Assembly (NCBI GenBank): GCA_021831025.1
Contig: JAKBNN010000080.1
Span: 1,941 to 65,940 of the forward strand
Length of the DNA stretch: 64,000 nt
Source: a bacterium
GTDB lineage: Bacteria > SZUA-79 > Acidulodesulfobacterales > Acidulodesulfobacteraceae
Reading direction: 5' to 3'
Numbering within the stretch: position 1 is the stretch's first letter; each line of letters begins with the position of its first letter. Position numbers and translations under genes: made by a program. Shown piece after piece: positions 38,345 to 46,970 of this stretch. The notes beneath the pieces are model-generated. The model was not told the origin of the DNA and made no database searches. It saw nothing but the letters and a program-made list of their open reading frames with translations.

Positions 38345-39223
38345 GTGGATATTTATATTATGACCCTCTGGAATAACGATATTGAAATTAAATTTTTCAA
38401 AGAGGCATTGAAAAATTTTGCTTCACCCGAGCAACTTTTTTATAACTTACAAAGCGGTTATTACGCATATGTTCCAAAGGGATCTGATACTGAAGGGCAG
38501 ACCTTGCAGAGCCGAAATTCGCTTATAGGACAATTTACAGAAAAATGGTGTAAAACTCTGTTTGAGCCTGTTGCCGAAAGATTAGGACTATTTGCAGTAA
38601 ACGGGGTTATTTGCGAGGAACTCGGACTTACAAATAAATCAAACGCAGACCTTGCATTTTGCACGGCTAATAATATTATTCAACAACCTGATAACATAAA
38701 ATTAATCTTTGAAATTAAAATGAGCGTAGTTTCTAATTACAAGTTTACTATGCCCGACAAGATAGAATTTATAGGAGATTACAAGCAACACAAGGGCAAT
38801 CCGTCTTTGCTTCGCTCCGACTCTATGCTAAAAGCAATCGGTAAATCAATTAATATCAGAGTTTCCGGACTCGCCTCAACAAAAGTTCCTATTGTTATTT
38901 TAGGTAATAGCCCGATTACGGAAAGTTATATTAAAAAAGTAGATTTTTTAAAAACTTCAGGAGTTATTCAGGGTTTCTGGTCACTTAATCCTATGCCGGC
39001 AGAAGGAGATTTTGTTAAAATAACTCCAAAGAGGGGTTTTCAAACCATTGAAATGCCGGATACTATTTTTGAGTTATCAAAACAACTTGTCGAAAGCGAT
39101 ATGAACTATTTCTCGTCAATGGTTTCCAAGCAAAATCTTGGGGAATTAATTTCAACGGCTAATAAAGAATCTACAAATATTGCAAAGGCAGAAAAATTTT
39201 TAAATTTAATTCGGAATTTATAA
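38345..39223 (+). CDS. putative Type II restriction endonuclease (PD-(D/E)xK-like)
   Basis: Has a candidate catalytic pattern, D in NADLAF followed by FEIKMS. Its stop overlaps the start of the adjacent methyltransferase (TAATG). The start is probably ATG at 38360. Confidence 0.5.
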   Translation: MDIYIMTLWNNDIEIKFFKEALKNFASPEQLFYNLQSGYYAYVPKGSDTEGQTLQSRNSLIGQFTEKWCKTLFEPVAERLGLFAVNGVICEELGLTNKSNADLAFCTANNIIQQPDNIKLIFEIKMSVVSNYKFTMPDKIEFIGDYKQHKGNPSLLRSDSMLKAIGKSINIRVSGLASTKVPIVILGNSPITESYIKKVDFLKTSGVIQGFWSLNPMPAEGDFVKITPKRGFQTIEMPDTIFELSKQLVESDMNYFSSMVSKQNLGELISTANKESTNIAKAEKFLNLIRNL

Positions 39224-40125
39224 TGAAAATAACAAAAGGAACAGAAACAAGCACATTCGGCACAAACGGAAGAATTAATCATGACAGTTCCCGGTTTTAT
39301 AATTCTAAACTCTATTCAGCTCTTGAAGTTAGAGAAATAGAGGACAAAACGGAGAGGAAACTGCCGGAAGAATTAGTTAATAAATTCATACTTGGTTCCG
39401 CCGAAAGCATGAAAGAATTACCGGATAATTCTATTCATTTAATGATAACGTCGCCTCCTTATAATGTTTCAAAGGAATATGATAATGATCTTTCGCTGAA
39501 AGAATATTTGCAATTGCTGGAAAATTCTTTTAAAGAAACTTACAGGGTTCTGGTAAACGGCGGCAGAGCCTGTATTAATGTCGCGAACCTCGGGCGCAAA
39601 CCTTATATTCCGCTTTCCGATTATATTTCGACGACGATGATTAATATGGGTTTTAATATGCGGGGAGAAATAGTCTGGAATAAAGCCGCAAGCGCAAGTC
39701 CATCGACGGCATGGGGAAGCTGGATGAGTTCTGCAAACCCGATTTTAAGAGATATACACGAATATATTTTAGTTTTTTCGAAAGGGGATTACAGCAGAAT
39801 AGGTAAGGGAAAGCAAAACACTATTACTAAAGAACAGTTTATGGAATGGACTAAATCCATATGGACGATGAAAGCGGAAAGCGCAAGAAGAATAGGGCAT
39901 CCGGCGCCGTTTCCCGAAGAATTGCCGTTTCGTTTAATTCAGCTGTATTCTTTCAAAGACGATATTATTCTCGATCCTTTTATGGGAAGCGGCAGCAGCG
40001 CTGTCGCGGCATTGAAATCAGGAAGAAAGTTTGTAGGTTATGATATAAAGCAGGAGTATATAGACCTCGCTGAAAAAAGAATTTCACAGCTTTTAAATAA
40101 TCAAAATTCATTATTCATTTCATGA
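39223..40125 (+). CDS. DNA methyltransferase, beta-class N4/N6 family (predicted N4-cytosine)
   Basis: Motif IV TSPPYN precedes motif I DPFMGSGSS, which is the beta-class order. S-P-P-Y rather than D-P-P-Y favours m4C. Confidence 0.88.
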   Translation: MKITKGTETSTFGTNGRINHDSSRFYNSKLYSALEVREIEDKTERKLPEELVNKFILGSAESMKELPDNSIHLMITSPPYNVSKEYDNDLSLKEYLQLLENSFKETYRVLVNGGRACINVANLGRKPYIPLSDYISTTMINMGFNMRGEIVWNKAASASPSTAWGSWMSSANPILRDIHEYILVFSKGDYSRIGKGKQNTITKEQFMEWTKSIWTMKAESARRIGHPAPFPEELPFRLIQLYSFKDDIILDPFMGSGSSAVAALKSGRKFVGYDIKQEYIDLAEKRISQLLNNQNSLFIS

Positions 40126-40320
40126 TTTAACCTCTCAATTTAAGTTCGCAAAGCAGCAATATGTTGCCCGAGAAATTATTGGCGAAAGAGCAGGAGCAGG
40201 GCATGAATTATTTAAAATTTGACAATGTTTGACTATTTTATTAAAATTAACTGAAAATAATTAATTTATGCCTTAAGATAACGATACTTTTAAATTATGT
40301 TATAAGAGGGGGATACGGGT

Positions 40321-41079
40321 ATGAAAGGAAAAATCGGCAGAACGAGGGAAAGGATATTTTGGACGGTTTTTTTATTCTTGACGGTTGTTTTGAATGTTTC
40401 GATTTTAAATACGGTATTCGGCAGCAGGGCTTTTGCCGGTACAGGCACCGGAGTCTGCCATGGCGTTTACGCCGCAGATCCGGTTATTTACGCGCTATAT
40501 TTAAAAGCCGCAAACCGGCCGGTTAATAAAGAGGATATTACGACATACATAAAGATTGTCAATCCTGCTCAATATATGCATGACAGATATAATTCGTTTT
40601 TATGGAAAAAACTTTTTTATGAAGATAAACAAAAATTAGAAAAGTTAATGAAGTTTGTAGGTTCGGTAAAATATTTTAAAGAATATATCCGGGCGGACAT
40701 CAGCAGTTATAATTTTAAAAAACATGGGTTTTATCTGACATATTACAAGTCTGACAGGACTATAGAAAATAGAATGAAAACCCACAGGAATATTAATTTT
40801 ATCAAAATCAAGCACGGCAACATCTATTACCTGTTTCACAATTTAACCGTTGTCTATAAAAATGCGGGAGATTTTAATTTTTTAACTATGCCCGAAAATG
40901 ATGCCGAAAGTTTCATCAATAAAAGGACAGGTACCTTTGGGCATATTAAAAAATCGGTTTTTTTGGAATACTACTTTGTTCCTTTAACGGCGAAAAATGA
41001 TATTTTAACCGTAAAGGTTGCATGCGTAAAGGTATATAATAACAAACATAAGAATCTCTTGATTGGGGTTATTAAATAG
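40321..41079 (+). CDS. hypothetical exported protein
   Basis: Has an N-terminal signal-like TM (IFWTVFLFLTVVLNVSIL...AFA). No recognisable domain. Confidence 0.5.
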   Translation: MKGKIGRTRERIFWTVFLFLTVVLNVSILNTVFGSRAFAGTGTGVCHGVYAADPVIYALYLKAANRPVNKEDITTYIKIVNPAQYMHDRYNSFLWKKLFYEDKQKLEKLMKFVGSVKYFKEYIRADISSYNFKKHGFYLTYYKSDRTIENRMKTHRNINFIKIKHGNIYYLFHNLTVVYKNAGDFNFLTMPENDAESFINKRTGTFGHIKKSVFLEYYFVPLTAKNDILTVKVACVKVYNNKHKNLLIGVIK

Positions 41080-41130
41080 GTTATACTTCAAAACCTTAAA
41101 AGCTCTAGATGGGCCATTTAAATACCATGT

Positions 41131-41175
41131 CTTTTACCTGCGTTTAAAGGCGCATGCCGCCTTTGCAGGTAAAAG
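41131..41175. other. strong 18-bp interrupted hairpin in a 565-bp non-coding gap
   Basis: CTTTTACCTGC-(GTTT)-AAAGGCG-loop-CGCCTTT-GCAGGTAAAAG. No T-run follows on either strand. Confidence 0.5.
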
Positions 41176-41645
41176 AGGGCTATAAACCGTACCCGCTTTT
41201 GCTTTCAACTAATCCGGGCGGTTCTAAATGTTTCCACGGCGCTTTCTGATTGCTTTCCAATTTCCAGACCGTTAAAAATTTTATTTGCTTTTTTTAAAAA
41301 ACGTGATATACATAAACTATGACATTTATTTCATATAACATTAAATAGCGGTTTATTAAATTTTAACCTCTTTATAAGCATATGGGGTTAATTATGAAAT
41401 CAAGGTTTTTACATAAAAGCCTTTCTTCGTTTTATTTATCTATCTGTAGCCCTATATTGAGTACCCCCCCATGATAATTGTATTGCAAGCGCTTTAAAAA
41501 GGCTTTATCCGCCTTAGGCTCATTTAATCCTCACCCAAAGTTTTCAATTAATAATATTTTATAATATTCCCCAAAAACTGGACTGAGGTCCAAGGTGTAT
41601 AATAGAAGTTTAAAATTATAATATAACAATTTTTAAGAGGATGTC

Positions 41646-43634
41646 ATGAAAAGAAAAAGAATATCCCTTAAGTTTTTAGTATTAATGCTGATGTTTCTAC
41701 TACCCGTCTTTGCCCTATCGGGCTGTGGAGGAGGAGGCGGATCATCCAGTCCATCCCCGTCGTCTTCGACTGTTACTATTTCCGGACAGGTATTGGGCGG
41801 AACAGGATCAATATCCGGTGTTTCTGTTGATTTATATGTGGCAGGAGATACAAACCTGAGCGCTACTACAACTACGAATACCACCGGCAATTACAGTTTC
41901 TCATACACTTACACATCTTCTTCTAATCCTATACTTTATGTGGTAGCAGATCTGTCCACAGGTCATCTGATATCCGTTGCGGGAAGCGCTTCAAGTATGC
42001 CGGCTACTGTAAATATAGACGAACTTTCAACCGTCCAAACGATGTATGCCGTTAATCAGGCAACTGAAAGCATTAATTCCAACGGAAGCATAAATGTGAA
42101 AACTAACGGAACCAATTTATTGGCGGATTTTTCGACCGTTTATAGCACAACTAACAATACCGCTTCTACAAGCTTTACTTCCTTGCAATATGAAGTATAT
42201 ACGATAGCGGATGGACTTGCTTCCGCTGTTCAAAGCGCTTATGATACTAATTCATCCCAGCAAGGTCAAGCATTATCGGCTGCCAAATCTCTATTAAATA
42301 ATTTAACAGCATATTCTTCTTTTACCTGCGCATCTGGTTCTGGTTCGTATTGCACGGAAAGCATGGCATTAAACGGTGTAACGGGACCCGGTGGCAATAA
42401 TACGATTGCCGCTTTTTCCGGCACGGCTTATGAAATAGCTCCGCAGGCGCCTTATCCATTAATGCCGAATACAACCACTGTTAGCAATAATACATTAACG
42501 GTAAGTTTTTTAACTCTTTCAAGCGGCCACATCGATGTACCATATGTTACTATTTATATTGATGGAGCTTCATTTAATCTTCTGTTGGATACAGGCGCAA
42601 CAGGCATTATGATAAATCAGTCGGCTTTAACATCTGCCGGATTAACTCTCCCGACAACAAGTTATCTATTATCAGGTTCTTTTGGTTCAAGCTGTTCTTC
42701 AACCCCAAATACCGGATATTCCGGAAATATAACATATGGACAGGTTTCTACAATTGCCTCAGGAGGACTTTCTACTTCGCCATATTTTCCAATAGCGGTA
42801 GATAAGACAAATTGTATTAGCTATATATTCGGTTCATACTTGCAAGGTGATTTTGGAATGGGGCTATCGCCTTATTTCACTTTTGGTTACGATAGTAGTA
42901 GCAAAACCCAGCCGGTATTTGTTCCATCAGTTGTATACGGCTTTTCGCAAAACTATAACAACGGGTTTTTATTAAACCTTGTTGATACTAATTTCAATAG
43001 CAACGGTTATGATAATTCCAGTTCGGCTGGCACAGGCAGCGCTATAACCTTTGGTTTAAATACTCAAACTAATAATACGCTAAGCAGCAGTTCCGTGTTT
43101 TTTCCGGATGACGGATATACCTTAGGAATTCCGCAGAATTTTCCTTTGATTAAGTCGGAGTTTGGCGCTACAACAACCGACCCAAGCACAGGAAACCCTT
43201 ATTTAAGCCTTTTTGATACGGGAAGTAATTTTATGTATTTAGGAACAAATGCGCTTACAGATGCTATTACAGGTTTTAGTTCTTCCACCATGGTTTATAA
43301 CTGTTCCAGCGGCACCCCTGTTCTTGGTTATAGTTCCTCCGGAAACTTGAATATGCTTATAGGCGGGTTAGGACTTGATATGTATTTTTTAAGCCCTTCC
43401 GGATATTCAGGTAATACCTACCCCACATATCCTTCTTATAACGGCACTACCGACAAATCAAGCAGTGATTCATTCTGCGGTTTAACAACAACGTCAACGT
43501 CAAATCCATTTCTTGACGAATATTATGTTTTGGATGTCGGAAACGTCGGAGGCATAGAAGATTTCGGTTTGCCGTTTTTGTTTAACGCAACTTATTATTG
43601 GCAGGTTAGCCCATGGGGTTTAGGGGTAGACTAA
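41646..43634 (+). CDS. lipoprotein with a pepsin-like (two-lobed, double DTG) aspartic protease domain
   Basis: Has the lipobox ALSGC followed by a Gly/Ser/Pro linker and an N-terminal beta-sandwich-like segment (TVTISGQVL...GNYSFSY). LLLDTGATG starts at residue 315, followed by a flap-like ITYG and GDFGMGLS. A second LFDTGSNF starts at residue 524. Confidence 0.6.
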   Translation: MKRKRISLKFLVLMLMFLLPVFALSGCGGGGGSSSPSPSSSTVTISGQVLGGTGSISGVSVDLYVAGDTNLSATTTTNTTGNYSFSYTYTSSSNPILYVVADLSTGHLISVAGSASSMPATVNIDELSTVQTMYAVNQATESINSNGSINVKTNGTNLLADFSTVYSTTNNTASTSFTSLQYEVYTIADGLASAVQSAYDTNSSQQGQALSAAKSLLNNLTAYSSFTCASGSGSYCTESMALNGVTGPGGNNTIAAFSGTAYEIAPQAPYPLMPNTTTVSNNTLTVSFLTLSSGHIDVPYVTIYIDGASFNLLLDTGATGIMINQSALTSAGLTLPTTSYLLSGSFGSSCSSTPNTGYSGNITYGQVSTIASGGLSTSPYFPIAVDKTNCISYIFGSYLQGDFGMGLSPYFTFGYDSSSKTQPVFVPSVVYGFSQNYNNGFLLNLVDTNFNSNGYDNSSSAGTGSAITFGLNTQTNNTLSSSSVFFPDDGYTLGIPQNFPLIKSEFGATTTDPSTGNPYLSLFDTGSNFMYLGTNALTDAITGFSSSTMVYNCSSGTPVLGYSSSGNLNMLIGGLGLDMYFLSPSGYSGNTYPTYPSYNGTTDKSSSDSFCGLTTTSTSNPFLDEYYVLDVGNVGGIEDFGLPFLFNATYYWQVSPWGLGVD

Positions 43635-43635
43635 T

Positions 43636-43687
43636 TTACCGCTTCGCTTTCGCACTTAGTGCTCACGTAAGTTGCTTCGCAACTTTG
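43636..43687 (+). repeat. degenerate copy of the module-A hairpin repeat
   Basis: TTACCGCTTCGCTTTCG, then hairpin GCACT-T-AGTGC, then hairpin AAGTTGC-TTC-GCAACTT. The order of parts is the same as at 29765-29820 and 59095-59146. Confidence 0.5.
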
Positions 43688-43741
43688 ATTATAACAATAA
43701 ATCATACTATAATTAAAATTAAAGGGGGGTATGTAAGTCTT

Positions 43742-44233
43742 ATGAAACTAAATAAATTTATTAAATATATCTATTTTTTAATCTTTGTATCCTCGATAAT
43801 CTTTTTTAATACAAAAATCGCTCTTGGGGCAGTGGGGCAGAGCCTATCCCAAATGACGCAGGAAATAGGAACGCCGACATCTGTTAAATTAGCTTATGCG
43901 GTGTCCCCGCAGCATCTTGCAAGTTATCAAAAGATAGGCGTTAACGCTTATTTGTTTAAAGTAAATTCTTTTAAAATTACGGCGGTTTTTAATTCATCAG
44001 GCATCTGTTACAAAGAGTTTACATATAACAACCGGAGTTTGCCTGATCCATCGCTATTAATCGGCAGCACTTTAGCCTCTGAAAAACCTAAAGTCCTTAT
44101 GGTTATTCCTTTAAGGTTTGAAAAATATCAGTACGGCAGCGGCAGTAATGCCGTTATATACGAAACTTCCGGAGAACCCGGCAATTTAAGCGCAAAAGCG
44201 TACAGCCCTTCGCTTGCGCCAAGTTCAAATTGA
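43742..44233 (+). CDS. hypothetical exported protein
   Basis: The ATG at 43742 gives a clean signal peptide (MKLNKFIKYIYFLIFVSSIIFFNTKIALG) with GGGGGG upstream. The longer ORF from 43613 runs through repeat DNA. Confidence 0.5.
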   Translation: MKLNKFIKYIYFLIFVSSIIFFNTKIALGAVGQSLSQMTQEIGTPTSVKLAYAVSPQHLASYQKIGVNAYLFKVNSFKITAVFNSSGICYKEFTYNNRSLPDPSLLIGSTLASEKPKVLMVIPLRFEKYQYGSGSNAVIYETSGEPGNLSAKAYSPSLAPSSN

Positions 44234-44393
44234 CGACAAAAAATGTTAAACTTCTGAGCTTAAAATTCTGTTTACAGCGGGTCGGGACTGGACGGCAGAT
44301 TAAGCCATTTAGCAGACGTTTAAGAAATATTTTAAACATGAAACGCTTCACGGCGGACGAAAAATAGCAACTTGACAAACCAAGTTTGGCCAA

Positions 44394-44422
44394 TTGACAA
44401 AGGGCATCCTATTAGCTATAAT
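44394..44422 (+). promoter_or_regulatory. consensus sigma70 promoter
   Basis: TTGACA (44394-44399), a 17-nt spacer, then TATAAT (44417-44422). It lies 65 nt upstream of the aldehyde dehydrogenase start. Confidence 0.6.
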
Positions 44423-44486
44423 AATACCTGCACATTGACGGATTGTCTTAGATTTTTAAACAAATAAATCCAATAACTAATATACA

Positions 44487-45917
44487 ATGCCTATGGACCG
44501 CGCCAAAAATTACCCCTTATTTATAAACGGGGAATGGATAGAAAAACAAGAAACTTACGATTTAATAAATCCCTTTAACAATGAAGTTGCGGGCTTATTA
44601 AGCAAGCCGGATAAAGCCGATATCGAATCAGCCGTTTCTTCTGCCGAAAAGGGTTTTTTAAAAATGAAAAATCTTCATGCCTATGAAAGGTATGAAATCT
44701 TAGAAAAAACAGGGAAAATTTTAGAACGAAATTCAAAAGAAATAGCCCGTTTTATCTCTCTTGAAGTCGGCAAGGCCTTGAAATATTCCATAATCGAAAC
44801 GCAAAGGGTGGTTAATTTATTTAAACTTGCCGCCGAGGAGGCAAAAAGGATACACGGAGAAACTGTTCCGATGGACATTGTTAAGGGGTTCGAGAATAAA
44901 ATCGCTTTTTATATGAGAATCCCGATAGGTATTATTGCCGCCATCACCCCTTTTAATTTTCCGATAAACCTTCCCGCGCACAAGATTGCTCCGGCAATAG
45001 CCGCGGGCAATAGCATAGTTTTTAAACCATCCATAAACGGTTCTATCGCCGCTCATTATCTTGTCAGCGCTTTAATCGAAGCAGGTTTGCCAAAAGAGGC
45101 CATAAACCTTTTGTATGGCGATAAGGATACGGGGGAAGCAGTTGTCTCAAATGAAAAGATACGAATGATCAGTTTTACCGGAAGCCCCAAAGCGGCAAAA
45201 GAGATAATGTCAAAGGGCGGGCTTAAAAAATATACTATGGAACTTGGCAGTAATTCCGCCCTCATTATCGATATATCGGCAAATATTATTGAAGCGGCAA
45301 GAAAGGCCGTAGTAGGGTCGTTTTATAATTCAGGGCAGGTCTGCATTTCACTTCAAAGAATATATGTCCACAAAAATATCGAAAAAGAGTTTATAGAGCA
45401 TTTTATTAAGGAAACTAAAAAATTAAAAACAGGCGATCCCGCAGATGAAAATACCGATATAGGTCCGATTATTAATCCCGGGGCAAAACAGAGAATAGTC
45501 CAATGGGTTGACGAGGCGGTTAAAGAAGGGGCGAGGGTTGAACTTGGGGGTGATTTTAACGGAAACATTATGAATCCAACCATATTTTCTAATGTTAAGC
45601 CTAAAATGAAAATATCCTGTCTCGAGGTATTTGCTCCAATCGTTTCGGTCGTCGGCTTTAACGAAATTACCGAGGCGGTTCATTTTGTAAATGATTCCAT
45701 ATATGGTCTTCAGGCAGGCGTCTATACGAATGACATTAAAAACGCCCTGTATTGCGTTAAACACATAGATGTGGGCGGAATATTAATAAACGACATTCCG
45801 ACAACAAGGGCAGATCATCAGCCTTATGGCGGAGTTAAAGAATCTGGGCTCGGCAGGGAAGGAATAAAATATGCGCTGGAAGAAATGACAGACCTTAAAT
45901 TTATCAGCTTTAGTTGA
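44487..45917 (+). CDS. NAD(P)-dependent aldehyde dehydrogenase
   Basis: 476 aa. Has FTGS, the catalytic Glu region MELGSNS and the catalytic Cys region GQVCIS. Size is GapN/lactaldehyde-DH-like, but the substrate cannot be called. Confidence 0.88.
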   Translation: MPMDRAKNYPLFINGEWIEKQETYDLINPFNNEVAGLLSKPDKADIESAVSSAEKGFLKMKNLHAYERYEILEKTGKILERNSKEIARFISLEVGKALKYSIIETQRVVNLFKLAAEEAKRIHGETVPMDIVKGFENKIAFYMRIPIGIIAAITPFNFPINLPAHKIAPAIAAGNSIVFKPSINGSIAAHYLVSALIEAGLPKEAINLLYGDKDTGEAVVSNEKIRMISFTGSPKAAKEIMSKGGLKKYTMELGSNSALIIDISANIIEAARKAVVGSFYNSGQVCISLQRIYVHKNIEKEFIEHFIKETKKLKTGDPADENTDIGPIINPGAKQRIVQWVDEAVKEGARVELGGDFNGNIMNPTIFSNVKPKMKISCLEVFAPIVSVVGFNEITEAVHFVNDSIYGLQAGVYTNDIKNALYCVKHIDVGGILINDIPTTRADHQPYGGVKESGLGREGIKYALEEMTDLKFISFS

Positions 45918-45931
45918 TTTTAATTTTATTA

Positions 45932-46951
45932 TTACGGCGCGTCTTTCTTTTCGTTTGTATTTAAATCAAAAGCTTTTTTAAAAAATATTTCCGCCTCGTT
46001 TGATTTCCCCGAATTTTTTAAGCATCTTGCGTATTCATAAAAATACCTCGGGTTATTCGGATTGTATGCCGTTGCTTTCTTTAAATATTTCAAGGCGCTG
46101 TTATAGTAAAGCATTAATTCGTTATAAATTTTTTCGTTATAAATGGAATTATATATGCTCCTATCCCCGCCAATACTTTCAAAATCCTTTACTTCCAAGA
46201 GCTTTTCCTCATTGTTAATATAAAATAAATCTATTAATTCATCTAAAATAAACAGTCCGGTCATAAAAAATATTTCATCCTTTGAATAGTATCCCTCGGC
46301 TCTTTCTTTCCATAATTTAAGTATTCGAAAGAATCTTTCGTATAATTCGTTGAACGAATTAATATCAAATCCGCCTGATACATTTTCCTTTTTCTTTCTC
46401 CTGAATTCTTCGAAGGGGTCTTCCTCTCCCATTTGCAAATGCGCATCCCTTAAATAGCTTTCCATTTCCTCATTATATGCCAAAAACGGAATCTCCCTGC
46501 TAAAAATCATTAAGTTGTAGAAAAATGTTAATTTGCCGAATTCTTTATTTTCAAATAAAAATTTACATAAATCATAAAGATATGGGGTAAAATAATCTTT
46601 GTCCTTCACTCTGGGAGACATTTTCCACATTTCCGCATATACGGCTATAAGCTCATCAGTGTATTTTTTGTTATATTTTGCGAGCTTTTTAAAACCCCCG
46701 ATAAGTATTTCATAGTAATTGCATATTATTTTATCGAACAATATCCTTTTTCCGTTTTCATCCAATTCCTTATCGTTTTTATTATATTCGCCGTCTATGT
46801 CGTACGATTGTCTGAATGCATCGATATGCTCTTTTAATAAATCATATTTTTTTGCTTCATTTGAGGCGGTTTCCGTTTCCGCTGGACTTGCGTCTTGCAG
46901 GACTTGCGTTTCGTTTTCGTTAGTATTTTTCATATTGTCAAATCTTTCCAT
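45932..46951 (-). CDS. hypothetical protein with a TPR-like C-terminus
   Basis: 339 aa. The C-terminal ALKYLKKATAYNPNNPRYFYEYARCLKNSGKSNEAEIFFKKAFDLN looks like TPR repeats. It lies 19 nt downstream of the HNH-motif gene. Confidence 0.5.
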   Translation of the reverse strand: MERFDNMKNTNENETQVLQDASPAETETASNEAKKYDLLKEHIDAFRQSYDIDGEYNKNDKELDENGKRILFDKIICNYYEILIGGFKKLAKYNKKYTDELIAVYAEMWKMSPRVKDKDYFTPYLYDLCKFLFENKEFGKLTFFYNLMIFSREIPFLAYNEEMESYLRDAHLQMGEEDPFEEFRRKKKENVSGGFDINSFNELYERFFRILKLWKERAEGYYSKDEIFFMTGLFILDELIDLFYINNEEKLLEVKDFESIGGDRSIYNSIYNEKIYNELMLYYNSALKYLKKATAYNPNNPRYFYEYARCLKNSGKSNEAEIFFKKAFDLNTNEKKDAP

Positions 46952-46970
46952 ATAAATTAAATTTTGAATT

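Noticed and set aside
39861-40043. A 60-aa alternative-frame ORF inside the methyltransferase gene.
   Set aside because: It is embedded in the region encoding the conserved motif I (DPFMGSGSS) of the methyltransferase. There is no independent support for it.
41633-41890. An 85-aa minus-strand ORF with a PPPPPQPD stretch.
   Set aside because: It is antisense to the Gly/Ser/Pro linker of the lipoprotein gene. It is a mirror-image artefact of a low-complexity coding region.
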